Shown one piece after another: positions 1 to 13,971 of a DNA stretch of 64,000 nucleotides (positions are counted from its first letter, which is position 1; the number at the start of each line of letters is the position of its first letter). The DNA lies in NCBI GenBank assembly GCA_028534125.1, contig CM052817.1:104906001-104970000 (forward strand), read 5' to 3'. The position numbers and the translations under genes are program-made. The notes beneath the pieces are model-generated. The model had not been told where the DNA came from and did no database searches. It saw only the letters and a program-made list of their open reading frames with translations. Origin of the DNA: Lama glama (lineage: Eukaryota).

Positions 1-309
1 CTCAAGTGGAATCTGAAAAAAATGATGAAATGTGATTCAGAACACTGGTGATTTTCCTCCTCTACTTGGTTTCCAAATTGAGTCTCTTGTTAGCTCTGTT
101 AAAGTTAGACAGTGTGTTAGAACGTGTCTTGTATCAGGGTGTAGGTTATCACTTCATAAACTGTTTTGACTAAAAGGGATTTAATTTACTAAAACTAGGG
201 TTTATTCAGTCAAGGATGCTTCAAGCATTTCAAAGGAAAAAATAGGGAATTATATTCAGCCATGAGCTCAACGAAGACAGCAAACAAGATAACCCTATTT
301 TGAGGAGGG

Positions 310-372
310 ACAAAATGAGTGAAGGGGGTCAAAAGGTACAGACTTCCAGATGAAGTAAATAAAATCTGTGTG
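310..372 (+). mobile_element. Old L1 (L1M-type) 3' UTR fragment
   Basis: AAATGAGTGAAGGGGGTCAAAAGGTACAGACTTCCAG...TAAATAA resembles the L1MA/MB 3' UTR motif. Confidence 0.55.
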
Positions 373-1731
373 CAACTAATTGCCCCTGGTGGGACAACAG
401 TAAGAGGAAGTGACATTTCACAGCACAGCAGGGAAATGGTGGGAGTAAAGGTACAATAATTTTTTTAAAGGACATTAGAATGTATCTATTTTAAGAATAA
501 GCCAAGAGGCGGCTGGTTACCACAGATTCTGATTAAAATTTGTGAAGTTGCAAATACCTTCTTCCATTTTCATTAGATGAGTAGGGATGTTCCAGTTTCT
601 TTTTTTATGAAGAATATAGAAATCATAAGTAATAAATGGCCAACTGAATGGATAAGAGATTAGAATCTGAACCAGTGAGAATTCAATTCTCTTCAATTTA
701 ATTTGATTCTCTGTCTTGGGAGAAGAGAAGAGAGCTATCTTTTCAACCTCAGGAAGAAATCAAATTTATAATTTTATATAATGTGCTTTATTTCTTCCAC
801 CTGTTGGAGTGCAGATGCAGTTTCTGAGAATACAGCTCTTTACTTCCCTGGGAAATGTTTCTTATTTTATGCCTCTCAGAGTCAGTCAGAATGGTAGGGA
901 TAGGTCAACTCATATGAATAAAGTGATGTTTAAGTAATGATAAAGTTTAAAAACTGTAGGAGAAACCATGAGATTCATAGTCCACAATCGGGAGAGACAC
1001 ATGCAGCATTTTCTATGTTTTGTGCATTTCAGGTGCCCTCACTCCTCCTTACGCCCTCAAGCATCATATTGCTAAATTCCTCTTCTGTCTAATTGCTACC
1101 TCTGCGCTTTACCTTTCACATGTCACTCCGTCAACCAATTTTCTCTTTTTTATTGAACCTCAGCTTGAGTGTCACATCCTAAAGGTGCCACATGGTCACA
1201 GCGTCTCTTGCTGTTGATTTATGTGTTCGCACTATTTATTCTGCTCTCCTTTCCCAAATGTGTGTGTGCGTGCATTCTGCAAATGTACTTACCTGTGTTC
1301 TCACCTCTATAACTACCTAACCCCATACACACGATCTCTTCCTGCATCTGCCTCTTTATATTTCTTCTCTGTTGGTTTTCATCATTCACCACGACATCTC
1401 TCTACTTTAAATAGGTCATGACATTTTTAGAAATTACAAGAGTATTTAAGAGGGAAATGTTTATTCTTAGAAATTCCACAGTTTCTATTCAAGTTGAACC
1501 TTACTCCATTCAAGGACTTACTTCTTTGAGAGCACAAGATGGTGGCCTGTCTACATGAACGTGTCAGTTTACCTTGCTCATGGGGGAAGTAAAAAGGATG
1601 GAATAATGCAAAATGTCAAGCTGAATACTGTTAGCAAAATATTTAGCATTATGCAGAAGATTCAGCAATGGTGCTGTGATTGTATAAGGAATTATTTTCA
1701 TTCTAAGAATAACAACCACCAGTTACCATCT

Positions 1732-2128
1732 AATGGAATACTACTCAGCCATAAAAGAGACTAAAGTAATTCCATTTGCAGCAACATGGATGGACTTGGA
1801 GGTTGTTATACTAAGTGAAGTAAGTCAGACAGAGAAAGAATAGCATCATATGATATCATTTATACGTGGAATATAAAAAAAATGAGACAAATGAACTTAT
1901 TTATAGAACAGAAAACAGACTCACAGACATAAAAAACAAACAAACAAACTTTTTCCAGGGGGGAAGAGGGAGGTGGAGGGATAAATTGGGAGTTCAGGAT
2001 TTGCAGATACTAACTACTATGTATAAAATAGATAAACAGCAAAGTCCTACTGTGTAGTACAGGGAACTATATTTAATACCTTGTAATAGCCTATAATGAA
2101 AAAGAAAATGAAAAAGAATGTGTATATA
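1732..2128 (+). mobile_element. L1 ORF2 end / 3' UTR fragment (cetartiodactyl-type)
   Basis: Diagnostic motifs ATGGAATACTACTCAGCCATAAAA, CCATTTGCAGCAACATGGATGGAC, AGTGAAGTAAGTCAGACAGAGAAAGA and TATAAAATAGATAAACA. Confidence 0.93.
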
Positions 2129-2579
2129 AAGGAATAGGGCATTCTATTTCCTGTTCACCCTTACTCATAGGTTTAATCTCTTAGAGTTTGGACCTAAAGC
2201 CTCAATAGTTTACTCTGGTCTCTTCCTTAGAATTCCCTAAGTTCCAATTTTGTCCCCTTAGAGTCATCAGTCAGAAACCATGCTTGTTTTCTTGTCCATT
2301 TTGCCACCTTTTTTTTAATCAATGGCAGAAAATTGTAGGGAAATGTAGCCTCAATTATCAATTTCACCTCTATGGTTTCTTTTCTCTCCAAAGTTTTTGA
2401 CCTCTGATTCTTCACTGTCTTCTTCACTTTCCAGTGCCTTTCCACAGATGATTTTTATTTTGCTGAACTTATTTAATTGTTTTTGGCATGGTCGTTGGTT
2501 TAAATGATCATTCCTGGAAACCCAATTCTCACTATTGATTGAAATAAGTATTACTCAAGTCAAGAGTTCTTTATGAGAC

Positions 2580-2730
2580 TGTACAGAATTCAAGGTGTCC
2601 TTGAATTTGGATGTAAAAAAAAAAGCATTTAAATTATCATTAGCTTCTAAAAAGCAATTAGCACTTCATTCACTTTTGGATATAGCTAACACATCACAGT
2701 GGTATAAATATTACTTGTGATTTCTGTCAC
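2580..2730. mobile_element. Degraded hAT-Charlie-like DNA transposon fragment
   Basis: Resembles recalled Charlie-family internal sequence (GAATTCA..G.TCC.TGAA.TTGGATG.AAAAAA...CACAGTGGTAT...CTTGTGATTT.TGTCAC). Confidence 0.45.
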
Positions 2731-2731
2731 A

Positions 2732-2850
2732 TGTGAAATAATAGGAAAATTTATATATTGGTCTCTATGCCCAGTTCCTGCATAGAGCTCCTAAAACCCT
2801 TATAATTTCCTTCTTAAACAAATAGGAGGTGTTTTATTATTGCTCACTTA
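2732..2850 (+). mobile_element. MER21-like LTR 5' fragment
   Basis: TGTGAAATAATAGGAAAAT..ATATATTGGTCTCT..CCAGTTCCTG..AGAGCTCCTAAAACCCTT matches the recalled MER21-group LTR start. Confidence 0.55.
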
Positions 2851-4050
2851 AAAAATTACATGTATAAAGACTCAACCTGCATACACAACTGGGGCAAAAA
2901 ATTCAAATAGTGTATTGATGTGAAATGCTGATACCGTAACCCTCTGGGACCAGCTCTAACTGTGAGTAAGCCTGGATCTAATTCTCAGGTGCCTAAGGGA
3001 AGCTTCAAAGGTTAGGTAAGCTCCAAATTTCATTTTCAGTCAGTAAGAGAGAGATGTGTCTTCTTGAAAAATGGTTTGACTCCTCAGAGTTGTCTGCAGG
3101 GTCCAATTTTGTTAGTTTATTCTGCAACATATTGGAAAACCAGTTTATGACATATTAGGTCTGCATTTCCAGGGAAGACATGATCATTCTACTTTTTAAT
3201 TTTCTCCAATACATGTGAGAGTCATCTATGAGTTCCACAATTTATGAAGTTTTATAGCACATATTTTTATAACATTTTACAATTCAACTATAACACTGCT
3301 TATAGTGAATACAATTTAAAAATTTTTTACCAGAATTAAATTAATCATAAGTGGCATGTTGATTATCTTTAAATTGTCATTCTTAATTTTATCACAAATG
3401 ATAATTTAGCAAATTATTTCTTTAGGGGAGCTTTATTGACTTGAAAAGTAATGGCATTTTGCAAGATACTCAAAAATAGTTTCACATTAGCACTGGAAAA
3501 GAAATCTACCCAGTTAAATTTCTCTTTCCTATTATATTGACCACAAACAAAATCAGATCTCTTCAAAATGATTTGGAGCTGTAGTATGAATTAAAGTATC
3601 ACTTTTTCAAATATTAAAATCACTAGTCCCTCCTAACTGCATCTGCTGTCTTCATGACTCTGTAGAACTCTGGTCTGCTTGTTTTAATCTCCTTGTCCAA
3701 TCTGTAGTTCTATAATAATATTACTTTCTCCTACCATTTTAAAAGCAATCTCTTACCTAGAAAGCTCCTTAAAGCATTTACTTGACATGTCATCACAGGG
3801 GGAAAAACAATCAGGGAAAATAAGAAAGACAGACAGTGGCCGAAGTTTGGAAGGAGTGTTCAAGATAGATGTATACACAAAGACTGGTGTTTTAAATCCA
3901 TGTGATGGAAAAGATTAGTTTTTGTAAAGTCAGGAAACATCTTTAATGGCTCCATCAGATATGGAGGAAACAAGATGGGGATAAAAGTGCAAAAGGGAAA
4001 AGAGACAAGGCCCTTTGTAAGATGTCGGGTTCCCACTCAGCTTCATTAGC

Positions 4051-4279
4051 CAGTCGTCAATCACAGACCTAGGTGAGATGTACTGCTCTTCCCCATGAAA
4101 GCATTTGGCAGTGTCTGGAGACACTTCTGGCTGTCACAACTAGGGGTGGGGAATTGCAGCTGGAATCCAGTGGACAGAAGCAAGACGATGTTAAATAGCC
4201 CACAATGACCAGGACAGCCCACCATCACAAACAATTTTCCAGATCAGAATGATAATAGTGCCAAGGCAGAGGAACAACT
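4051..4279 (+). mobile_element. MER20 (hAT-Charlie non-autonomous DNA transposon), near full length
   Basis: CATTTGGCAGTGTCTGGAGACAC.T.TGG.TGTCACAACT, CACAATG.CCAGGACAGCCC and AATAGTGCCAAGG are colinear with the MER20 consensus over about 220 bp. Confidence 0.85.
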
Positions 4280-5193
4280 CTCTTAGGCAAAATAGAAATA
4301 GTCTTTCTCTTAATTTATACCCTTATACCTTTTTTCAGAAATCCTCCCTCCACACCCTCGAGTCTACCCTGAATGTTCCTCTGAGCTTGATTTCACTTGT
4401 AAACAAATGGTTCTGAGCAAAGGGGGTGACAGGGATTGAGAAGAGAAACAACAACTATGTGGTCATAACACACTCCTTTTGGATGTTATTGAAGGTAATT
4501 TTTAATATCTTCATTGGAGAAATACATCCCCCAAAAGTAATCTGTACAACATTTGAAATGCAGCACACTTTGCTTCTGACTAATAAATATATTTCCTCCA
4601 TATAATGATACATTTCAATTCAGTTTCTGGCTTGTGGTGCAGTTTTTCTGTTTAGAACTTGGTTCAGGATACACCATGTGTTAAATGATAATTTGGCGCC
4701 TACCTTTCTGAAAAAGCATCTTTGACCCTGAGATTTCTGGCATTTCAATTCCAAAAGAAATGAGAGCAAATCCTTGCTGCTCAAAAAAGAGCTATGAAAC
4801 ATGAATTAAAACAGCAGCATGTCATCACTGCTAAGATGATCTATCAGAATCAGTAAAGAACTTTCCTGAAGCAAGAACAGATGGATGAGTTACGGGAATT
4901 TGTGTATTTCCCAGACATGTTGTGGAGCTCTGAAATGGAATATCATTGTGCCTTTAAATTTAAGGTATTTACAGAACAAGTCATCACTAACCTGTGAAGT
5001 AGAACAGCTCACTTGTGGGAGGGATCTGATATTCCTGGGATCAGGTTGGATTATTACACGAGCTGGAACAGTAGCTCCTGGACTCATTTCTCACTTGAAG
5101 TAGGCATGTGGCTTTCTGATGACTAAACCTACATTTATAATGTTGGTTTCAAACTGGGAACTTCACAGATATACTGCAGTCTGCTATTGACCT

Positions 5194-5693
5194 NNNNNNN
5201 NNNNNNNNNNNNNNNNNNNNNNNNNNNNNNNNNNNNNNNNNNNNNNNNNNNNNNNNNNNNNNNNNNNNNNNNNNNNNNNNNNNNNNNNNNNNNNNNNNNN
5301 NNNNNNNNNNNNNNNNNNNNNNNNNNNNNNNNNNNNNNNNNNNNNNNNNNNNNNNNNNNNNNNNNNNNNNNNNNNNNNNNNNNNNNNNNNNNNNNNNNNN
5401 NNNNNNNNNNNNNNNNNNNNNNNNNNNNNNNNNNNNNNNNNNNNNNNNNNNNNNNNNNNNNNNNNNNNNNNNNNNNNNNNNNNNNNNNNNNNNNNNNNNN
5501 NNNNNNNNNNNNNNNNNNNNNNNNNNNNNNNNNNNNNNNNNNNNNNNNNNNNNNNNNNNNNNNNNNNNNNNNNNNNNNNNNNNNNNNNNNNNNNNNNNNN
5601 NNNNNNNNNNNNNNNNNNNNNNNNNNNNNNNNNNNNNNNNNNNNNNNNNNNNNNNNNNNNNNNNNNNNNNNNNNNNNNNNNNNNNNNNNNNNN
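5194..5693. other. Assembly gap (500 N)
   Basis: Exactly 500 N. Confidence 0.99.
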
Positions 5694-7956
5694 AAAGACT
5701 AAAGAAGACTGACAGTCACAAGGAATCACTGATTTATTACCGCTGACTGCTTTCACTTCAGTTAAAGAGGCATTTCGGGGAAAACTGTGGAGTCTGTAAC
5801 TGTAAGACTTTGGGCCCAAATCCCAGGACTGTTTTCTGAAGGACTGTGTTGGGATTCAGATAGCGCCTCCTTTACTTTAAACCGGCCCAATTTTCCAAAG
5901 GCCGGTGATCCATTCTACGCTGATGTCAAACCACATCACCCCAGACCTTCAGAGAAAGGTGCTCACAGGTTAAAAGACTCCAAGTGGAATCACAGAATAG
6001 ACCCTAAAAGAACAGAAACCTGAGAAGGTGATGACACAGCCTCTATGTATGAACACAAAGCCTCTTTCCAAGAGTTACCAGCTGCCAGGCTGCTCTTCAA
6101 GATTCTTACACTGGTTTAGAAAATCGCCTTAGTCGTCAACTCCAGGACAGTTCACCTAAAGAATCGAATTAATGACTTTTTAGGGGCAAAAAAAAACACA
6201 ACCCTTTAGTCCACCAGGCCCATGTTTTTAGACAGCATGATTTAGAGCTGTTCACTCAGGCAGTGACTTCTTCACTTGGTGACAGTTACTTACCATCACT
6301 CTGTATCGTTCCTTCAACACTGAGGCATAAGGTCATTTATCATTTTTCTGCTATGTGTGGCTAAACCGCATAGTATTAATTGGTTCCCTGATTAGCTTAT
6401 CAGCCTACTCCCCCAGGCATTTGCGTTTACAAGCCCTGCTTTAACCTGTTTCTTGACTCTGAAAGGTAGTCACTGGTCCTACAGGGTGGTCTGTGTGGTT
6501 GGAATTGGGCCAATCCTTGACCTCCCGCTAGACAAGGAAATGAGCCTCTTCCTGGCTTCCAGCCTCAGGGATGGAATGGAGGCTCTGTGTTGGTTACAGA
6601 GAGGGCACAACTCCATCGGCAGTTCTGTTGAAGAAGCTAAGGTTCTTCCAATAGCATTCTTGGCTTTTCATCATTTTGCAAGAGTTAAGCACTTCTGTCA
6701 CAAAGAAGAAAACATTCTCCGGCTCAGACTCAGTGTTTAACTACTGAATGAAAACCTTAAGAATCCTTCTGACATTACTGATGCTTTTTGGTCTTATCTT
6801 CCCATGTTTTTCTAAACTTTTGATGTACTAACAGCCATGGTTCTACAGGTAGCATTCTACTGCTCCATGGAGCGAGTGGGACCCTTGGGATGGAGCCTAG
6901 ACCACATCATTAGTCATCCACCCACGTCACATCTGTCCTTGGCCCTGAACCTGTGAGCCATTTGAGGCACATTAGATCAATGCCATTACCCTTAGTTCAC
7001 GAAATGCTTGTCCACATCAAAGTGCCTTGTTCTAACCTCCCACTGACATGTCAGCGCTCCTCAGCTGATTCTAAGTTTTGAGTACAGAATGCGAACTAAT
7101 CTAGAACAGAAGGTACAATATTTTAGAAATAAAGTCTGCGATATTTATTTCACAGTAGTTGTTTATCAAGATGAGACAAAGAGGAAAGCTGTGTTGTTAT
7201 GACTCATGGTGCCAGTGTAGTGCAGCTTAAAATAATCTTTAGATATAACAACACAGCAAGAGAATCAGGGGCATGTGGCTCTATTAAACAGTCAAGCTTT
7301 AATCTGAGTACTAGAGTAGTTACTATTGAAAAATATCCACATATAAGTGTACCACACAGTTCCAACCCACTTTGCTCAACCCAGTGTTGATATACCAGAT
7401 TTATGATAGAGTGTGTGGTTGTGACACACTCAGCTGTAGAAAAGGAAGCACTGTCTCCTAATGCTGCATCACCTTAAAACAGTGCATGAATATTAACCCA
7501 ATCTTGGTGGTGCGTATGGATGGATTAACTAAAATATAGACTATGTGATGTGTAGGAAATGCACTTTGGGGAAGTCTGATTAACCTCTTAAATATAAAGA
7601 TAGCACGGTGCTATGCGGTGATGACAGTTATCCAAGCAAGAATAAATACAATAATTCTAGTAGGTAAGAGAGGGCTTAAATATTCACCCTGCTCCCCCAG
7701 AGGGGTTAAATCTGAGATGATTGCCACTGCATTTAGATGATCTGTTGGGGATGAACTGACACACTGTAACATACATTGGGTGAAGACAAGGGTCAGTAAC
7801 AGCCCTTTGTTGCAGTGGATGGATAGAAGCATGACATAGGTAGTAGGTACCCCAGAAAGAGGAGACAAAAAGTAATTTTAGATATAACCCTTTAAAAGGT
7901 GGCAAATGCAGATGATTTACATTATGGTTGCTGAGAGACAGCTGAGTTAATCTTCA

Positions 7957-8466
7957 TGTAATAGGGAAGGACAAATCTGACTCTGTATGAGATCTGCTCC
8001 TTTAGCTCTAACCCTGTGCTCTGTTTCCTGCGCTCAGTCATGCTGGTTCTTTTGTAAAAGAATGTTGCCTGGAGCCTGAAATATACAGGAGAGCCCATTC
8101 TCAAGGCTTTGACCTTTAAGGGTACAACATAGTTCCATTCCTATAAAGATAAAAAGTTGCAGAACAGAGAAAGACATTCGTCTTGCTGGAAGTTTGCAGG
8201 AACATCCTAACCTGACTTACTGGACAGCTGCAATAAAAAAGGACTCCAATACCAAGATGTTTGCAACCACCAACCACACCCTCCTCTCCTTTTTAGTATA
8301 AAAGGAGGCTTAATTCTGATTTGGGGAAGATGGTTCTCAGGACATTAGTCTGAGATCTTCTCCATCTGCCGGCTTTTCAGATAAAGTCATTATTCCTTGC
8401 CCCCAAACCTCATCTCATTTATTGGCCTGTTGTATGGCGAGCAGAATGAGTTTGGACTAAGCAGCA
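7957..8466 (+). mobile_element. ERV1-type solo LTR
   Basis: TG...CA termini (TGTAATAGGGAAG...AAGCAGCA), TATAAAA at 8297-8303, degenerate poly(A) signal GATAAA near 8380, and a 4-bp TSD TTCA/CTCA with one mismatch. Confidence 0.8.
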
Positions 8467-9489
8467 CTCATAGGTGGCAACTCAGTTGAGCCTAACTCAG
8501 AGTTGGTAGTCGTAGGTCTTTATTTAGTGAATAATGGTTAATGTTTTAAGCCTAAGGTCAACCAGCTCTTTTATTTTATTTTAGGTATAGGAGGAAAGAT
8601 GATGTGGAGCCCAGAGCAGGGTGCTGGGATACAGGAGCTGTTGGATGCTTATAAAGCTGTTGTATTTGGAGATCATCATGGAAGACACACATGATGGAGA
8701 GTTTTGAAGGAAGGAAGGTTGATGTCAGTACCAAACAATAATTCATTTCAGGAGAAATTCAATTCTCAGTGCTTCAGAAGGTTAAGAGGTTTATGTGTGG
8801 AAATTATGACTCTCTCATAAACAGAAAAATACCACCAGATAAGAGAGAGACTAAAAATGGATGTTAAAAACCCATGACAGATGACTTAAATATCACATAA
8901 GCCATTATTTACCTAAAATTGTGAGTGCTGAAATGGTCAGATTTATGGATGAAGAAACTGATTCTGTAAGTGTGCAGAAAAATTTAGATATATAAGAAGA
9001 CGTTTATTAAGAATACGTGCACATGTGATTTCATTTGAAGTGGAGCCCATGGGAGGAAGTTTATTTTCCCCTCCCAAGTATTTTCAAGGAAAGAGTTGTC
9101 TCAGGGATAGAGTGAGGACAAGAGCTGGGGAACCACTGTCTAACTATAAATGTGCAGAAGCAAGGGGATGCTGGAAGAGAGGTAAAGATTGGGAGGGATA
9201 AATAAGTACATAGTTTCAATTTTGTTTGATTTAAGAGGCTTTGGAGAATTCAAGTGGATATACATACAAACGAAGACACTTTTAATGAAGATCTTGTCTT
9301 TTGTACTTTGGGAATATTGTTCAGTTACAGAAGCATGTGCCAATTTAAGAACATGTTTGATTACATCTCTCATATGATATACTGCTTTTCTTTCTTAATG
9401 TTTCTCTCGCATTATAAGGGTTGTTAAATTTGCCATCACTGATGACAACATAATCAGTGTTTGGGGCATAATAAGGTCAATGAATGCCA

Positions 9490-9705
9490 GCATTGATGAT
9501 AAAAATAACTGTCATTTGCTTAGTGCTTATTCTGTCTAGATCCTGTTTGGTTTTTTCTTTTCTTTATGTCATTTAGTTCATAGAGAAAACATACAAAACA
9601 TTTACTGAGGCTTCAAGAGGCTGAATTATTGCTTTAGGGTGTCCAGCTAACAAATCCTGCTTCAAGAGTACAGCCCATGTTTAATATCTACATTACACTG
9701 CTCTG
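9490..9705 (-). mobile_element. MIR SINE, degraded
   Basis: Pattern CATTTGCTTAGTGCTTA...ACTGAGGCTTCAAGAGGCTGAATTA.TTGC...CCAGCTAA is typical of a reverse-oriented MIR. Confidence 0.55.
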
Positions 9706-10420
9706 AGTTTGGACATATTATCAAATCCTCTTTTAATGTCTTTCAACGTGATGAGAAATTAAATTACTGAAAAAATTACATCTGCAGCTATTACTGATCA
9801 GATACTTATGTGCTGTGTCCTCTACCAACTCTTTATATCCTCTACTTTATGTAACTCTGCTGGGTATAAAAAATGTCCTGAGGAGAACACTGAATCCAGC
9901 AGCGATACTGTGTAGCCAGATTACCAGAACCTTGAATATGACAGAGAAAAGGCAGCACCCTGGTTAAAGGGTAGATTTGGCCCAACCAAAGACGCCATAT
10001 CTATTCATTAGAAAAGTGAGGGGGGAATGATAGCATTTTATTTCTATTGCATTTGGATTACTTAACTGTACAATTTCCATAATTACCCCTCAATTAGAAA
10101 GATTTTCTATGGAAAACCATAATGTTCCTTAAGTCTTATAATATAATGAAACACACAAAGTTCAAAACCTTTGAATACTAGCTGTTGAGCCATTGAAGTA
10201 CTCCTTTCTGTATTCTAAACATGCTTAGCTTTCACATTTAAAAAAAAATACATCATTAGAATATTCACAATTCTGACATAAACACTCCGGGCATTTGTGA
10301 GAAACAAGCTAATTTTTTTTTAATTTGGTAGGTTTACCTTTATCTATTTTAAATATTCATTACTTTTATACATTTCTATGGGGAAACACTGAATCATAGG
10401 AATTCTGATTTAGTGGTAAT

Positions 10421-10556
10421 CAGCTCAGTGGTAATTGGTGCTTAGCATGCAGGAGATCCTGGGTTCAATCCCCAGTACCTCCATTAAGATCAAATAAATA
10501 AATAAACCTAATTTTCTTCCCCTGAAAAAGATACAAAAAATAAATAATTTAAAAAT
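10421..10556 (+). mobile_element. tRNA-Ala(AGC)-derived SINE (camelid vic-1 type), 5' truncated
   Basis: AGCTCAGTGGT (A box), GCTTAGCATGCA, GGGTTCAATCCC (B box), AGTACCTCCA, then AAATAAATAAACCTAATT..CCCC and an A-rich tail. Confidence 0.88.
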
Positions 10557-11599
10557 CAGTTAAAAAATTAAATTTATTTTCCAGTTAGCTAAGGCATATT
10601 TGAATATAGCAGAACAGTCTATAGCAAAGACTTACTTCAATAATTCCATGGTTTACAGATGAATAAATCACTATTTAACTTTTTGTGATGATTGTCTTCA
10701 GATTAAAGTCCCAAACACTGTATTTTTATAGTTTTACTCAATTACCTGACTTTACACATGTTATAATAGAATCTGTCTGTCTATCAGGAGTAGGGACTGT
10801 AGGTTGCATAATTGAAAATGTATGTTTAAAGCAGAAAATCATTTAAAGATAATGAGTTAGCTTTACTATTTTATTTTAATTAAAAAAATTGCACATATAT
10901 TTACCAATGCTTTGATTTTGGCCTGAGCCTTTTATCTGAATACAGGTCTGCTGACTGGATGGCTTCTCATCTTTCTTGCTCGGCCCACACCTCAGGTGTA
11001 TTTAGTTCAGTTGACTTAAAAATGGACACTCCACTGAAAGAACTTACAAAGCAATCTGAGTAAAGCATCTTTCTAGATTTCCCCCTCTCCTAGCCTTTAA
11101 AATCATCTTCACCTAATTCAACAGTATTTTTAAACCAAATTGCTTTTATTAATTGTTCCCAAAGAATTTCAATTGGTTTTCTTATAAACAGTAGTTTTCT
11201 TTTTGAAAACACACTTGTTTACATAATATGTGTTTGGGTTGCATAATTAATCAATACAAAATAAAATCATCGATGAATAAAATTAGTATAAGAGATCTGT
11301 GAAGAAGACAAGTGGCAATTGGCCCACAACCCACCTAACAGGTAGTTGAGCCTAAGAGAACTAAGGTGAGCCCTGTTTCCAAGGGAATAGGGGGGAGGGG
11401 GCTGTATTAATCTGGTTGGTTGCCTGGATGAGATTAGTTTAGGAGTTTTTAGTTTATCATATTAGGTGTGATCCATGTGGGGGTGATGCAAGGATGCTCA
11501 CACTTTAGATGCCTGAGTCATTGTAATATCTTCAAACCACTCCACTGCCTTCTCTGTTTCTGCTTCAGTCTGTGCCTGAGAATGGACTGTCAGACTATG

Positions 11600-12890
11600 C
11601 TGCTCTACTTTGTACATCCAGGGGTCTCCATCTCACCCAGAGAAAAAGCTAAAGTCCTAAACCAGTCTCTGACTTTTGACACAGTCTGGTTTCTTTCTAC
11701 CTCTCTAGCACCCTCTCCTCTTTGTTCACTTCTCTCTGGCCGCACTGATCCACTTGTCCTCACACACTCAAATATGCCCCTGCCTCTGGGCCTTTGCACC
11801 TGCTCTGCTTCCGTACATTTCGTTCAAATTTGTAGTCAAGTGATGATGGCTTGTCACGGAAGATGCTCCTGGATCTCTGACCTAAAATGACACCCTTTTT
11901 CCTAACCCTAAATGATTCCTAGCTCTTCCTTATTGGATTTTACTTCTCAACACTTACTAGGATCTAACATACTCCATATTTCACTGAAGTTTCTGTCCGT
12001 TGTCTGTCTTTTGTCCATTGTAGAGGTATAAATCACTAAGTTTTCAATTTTGATTGCTTTACAGATAAAAATTCCAAAGCAATTAATTTTTATAGCTTTA
12101 TTTAATTTTTTAAAATATATATTTATTGAACTGTAATCACTTAACAATGTTGTGTCAATTTCTGGTGCATAGCACAATACTTCAGCCATACAGGAACATA
12201 CATATATTCATTTTCATATTCTCTTTCACTGTAAGTTACTACAAGATATTGAATATATCTCCCTGTACTATATAATATACAGTTGCTTTTTATCTATTTT
12301 TCATATATTAGTTAGTGTCAGCAAATCTCGAGCTTCCAATTTATCCCTTCCCACCCCCTTCCCCCCCAGTAACCATAGGTTTGTTTTCTATGTCTGTGAG
12401 TCTGTTCCTGTTTTCTAAATAAGTTCATTCCTCTCTTTTTTTTTTACATTCCACATATAGGTGATATCATATGGTATTTTTCTTTCTGCTTTTGGATTAC
12501 TTCACTTCAAATAACATTCACCAGGTCCATCCATGTTACTGCAAATGGCATTATTTCATTATTTTTTATGGCTAAGTAGTATTCCATTATAAAAATATAC
12601 AACAACTTCTTTATCCAGTCATCTATTGATGGACATTTAGGTTGTTTCCATGTCTTGGCTATTGTAAATAGTGCCTCTGTGAACATTGGGGTGCATGTAT
12701 CTTTTTGAATTAAGGTTCCCTCTGGATATGTGCCAGGAGTGGGATTGCTGGATCATATAGTAACTGAACTCACACATGTGTGTGTGTGTATTTTGTTAAT
12801 TGTTTTCCCCAAGATCTAGAATAATGCCCAGGACATAGTAGATATACAGTAATATTTGAAGAGTGAATGAACAAATGAATTAAATGCTAA
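11600..12890 (+). mobile_element. L2 3' portion, interrupted by a younger L1
   Basis: GGGCCTTTGCACCTGCT and related L2 motifs at 11.6-12.0 kb; L2 terminus CCAGGACATAGTAGATA...TGAATGAA at 12.83-12.88 kb. Confidence 0.7.
12097..12765 (-). mobile_element. Lineage L1 3' end (ORF2 C-terminus plus 3' UTR)
   Basis: Reverse-oriented L1 motifs TTTATTGAA, GTAACCATAGGTTTGTTTTCTATGTCTGTGAGTCTG, GATGGACATTTAGGTTGTTTCCATGTCTTGGCTATTGTAAATAGTG and GGAGTGGGATTGCTGGATCATA. Confidence 0.95.
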
Positions 12891-13504
12891 TTTATGAATC
12901 ATGCCTATAGTTTGCATGGAATACATGAATTAATCTGCAATGAAAAACACACTTAATGAAAACTCATGCTCTTCAGATAGATTCTGGAAGCTGGAATAAA
13001 AGATATTATCCATCATAAATTTCTACTCTTCAACTAGGCATTTCCTTCTGTTGGTCTCTGTCTTCTCAAATATTATCTTTCTTTTATCCCTGATGAAAGG
13101 AAATGTTGTACCCTATGTGTTAAGAGAAAAGAACAGTGTTGTAATCAGCTATCGTCACAATTTTGCAGTAAATATGATGGATATGACTCTGGAAGTGTCT
13201 TGCCCACTTTGAGACTTGAAGTCCTCATTTCTGAAATGACCAAACATGGTGGATTAAATGATCCCAGTTAGGACAATCTTTGATGTCTTTTTTTCACTGT
13301 GATTTGCAGCACGATAATATTTTGGCTTCCTGTTTTCTAATCCTCTTCTTTAACTAATGAAATATATGAACACATACATTAAGTAGGATTACTGATTATA
13401 CAAAATTTTCTCTTCTACTTTTATCACCTGTCGTATATTACCATGTTATTAAGCATCCTTTGTTTTTAATTATTGCATGATATACCAGTGTGTGAATATA
13501 TCAA

Positions 13505-13971
13505 CTCAAAGCAATCTACAGATCTAATGCCATCCCTATCAAATTACTTAGGACATTTTCCACAGGACTAGAACAAATAATCTTAAAATTTATACAGAAT
13601 CGCAAAAGACCCAGAAGCACCAAAGCAATCCTGAGGAAACAACAGAGCTGGAGGAATAACCCTCCCAGACTTCAGACGGTACTACAGAGCTACAGTCATC
13701 AAAACAGCATGGTACTGGCACAAAAACAGACATATGGACCAATGAAACAGAATAGAGAGCCCAGATATAAACCCACACACCTACAGTCAATTAATCTTTG
13801 ATAAAGGAAGCAAGAATAAACAATAGAGAAAAGACAGTCTCTTCAGCAAGTGGTATTGGGAGAGCTGGACAGTTACATGTAAATCAATGAAGTTAGAACA
13901 CTCCCTCACCCCATACACAAAAATAAACCCAAAATGGCTTAAAGACTTAAACATAAGACAGGACACCATAA
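13505..13971 (+). mobile_element. L1 ORF2 internal fragment (region C-terminal to the RT core), disrupted
   Basis: Translates to [12 protein letters not shown]...[28 protein letters not shown]...[12 protein letters not shown]...[16 protein letters not shown] with stops and a frameshift; no 3' UTR or poly(A). Confidence 0.95.

Noticed and set aside
2587..2607. Perfect 9-bp hairpin AATTCAAGG-TGT-CCTTGAATT (a similar one at 31323-31349)
   Set aside because: Short stems like these are expected by chance in AT-rich DNA, and this one lies inside a degraded DNA transposon.
5694..7950. Possible ancient ERV internal sequence
   Set aside because: Only vague resemblance; I could not read any gag, pol or env motif, so it needs a Dfam HMM search before any claim.
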